Below are positions 63,190-64,000 of a DNA stretch of 64,000 nucleotides, piece by piece. The notes under the pieces are model-generated. The model saw nothing but the letters and a program-made list of their open reading frames with translations, had not been told where the DNA came from and made no database searches. Positions within the stretch are counted from its first letter, which is position 1; each line of letters opens with the position of its first letter. This stretch comes from Octopus sinensis. Lineage: Eukaryota. Where the stretch lies: contig NC_043002.1 in assembly GCF_006345805.1 (NCBI RefSeq), positions 21,948,001-22,012,000 on the forward strand. Direction: 5' to 3'. A program made the translations under genes and the position numbers.

Positions 63190-63367
63190 CATTTAAACAC
63201 ATAAGAGATGGTATTAATCGGACATCTAAACCGCTAGAAGGAGTAGTTAAAATCCAAACTACAAGTAGAGGTAATTTCGAAATTACCCCTAATTATAGTT
63301 TTGATTTTAACTACTCCTTCTAGCAGTTTAGATGTCCAATTATAGCCATCTCTTATGTGTATAAATG
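63190..63367. mobile_element. TA-flanked, fully palindromic fold-back MITE
   Basis: TA|CATTTAAACACATAAGAGATGG...CCATCTCTTATGTGTATAAATG|TA, centre GTAATTTCGAAATTAC. Confidence 0.8.
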
Positions 63368-63459
63368 TACACTGTATATATAATGAATAATATATAGTCT
63401 ATTGACTAGTTTTTCTAAAGGCTAGGCGACAGTGGTAAAAAATTTCTAAATAATATTTT

Positions 63460-63878
63460 GTGGCTGTGTGGTAAGTAGCTTGCATACAAGCCACATTGTT
63501 CCGGGTTCAGTCCCACTGCGTGGCACCTTGGGCAAGTGTGTATTCTACTATAGCCTCGGGCTGACCAAAGCCTTGTGAGTGGATTTGGTAGACGGAAACT
63601 GAAAGAAGCCCGTCGTATATATGTATATATATGTATATGTATATGTATGTGTGTGTGTATATGTTTGTGTGTCTGTGTTTGTCCCCCCAACATCACTTGA
63701 CAACCGATGCTGGTGTGTTTACGTCTCCGTAACTTAGCGGTTCGGTAAAAGAGCCCGATAGAATAAGTACTAGGCTTTTCAAAGAATAAGTCCTGGGGTC
63801 GATTTGCTCGACTAAAGGCGGTGTTCCAGCATAGCCACAGTCAAATGACTGAAACAAGTAAAAGAGTATAAAAGAGTA
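63460..63878 (+). mobile_element. SINE family B, full length
   Basis: Close match to 8308-8718. Confidence 0.9.
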
Positions 63879-63892
63879 CCCTGAAATTTATG

Positions 63893-63932
<40 letters not shown>

Positions 63933-64000
63933 TCGCATGAATTACGGAATGGAGTAGATAAGATCCGGGCTACATATGTCATAGTGAGCGGAACCTCAGA

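Overview
AT-rich eukaryotic DNA that is almost entirely repeat-derived. The tRNA-derived SINEs, very dense microsatellites and LINE types point to a coleoid cephalopod, probably Octopus; this is inferred, not checked against a database. Nearly all long ORFs in the track are translated microsatellites. The only convincing host-gene piece is a + strand start exon at 54466-54779 (CDS from 54535). The rest is a layered transposon fossil record: a Chapaev3-like element, two maT/DD37D mariner remnants, Tigger, hAT and Tc2-like MITEs, a Helitron, RTE, CR1, L1/Tx1 and RLE (R4/Dong-like) LINE fragments, Penelope-like ends, and at least four SINE families. Most interesting: (1) several retroelement families each sit in their own microsatellite motif (TACA, TATC, AAT). 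(2) One SINE shares its 3' tail with a Tx1-clade LINE, swaps tails and forms head-to-tail arrays. (3) Possible ORF1-only 'half-LINE' elements are present. (4) There are minimal hammerhead ribozyme motifs, one with a G3:C8 core swap. (5) Fold-back/inverted repeats are unusually numerous. All alignments and translations were done by eye and need computational confirmation.
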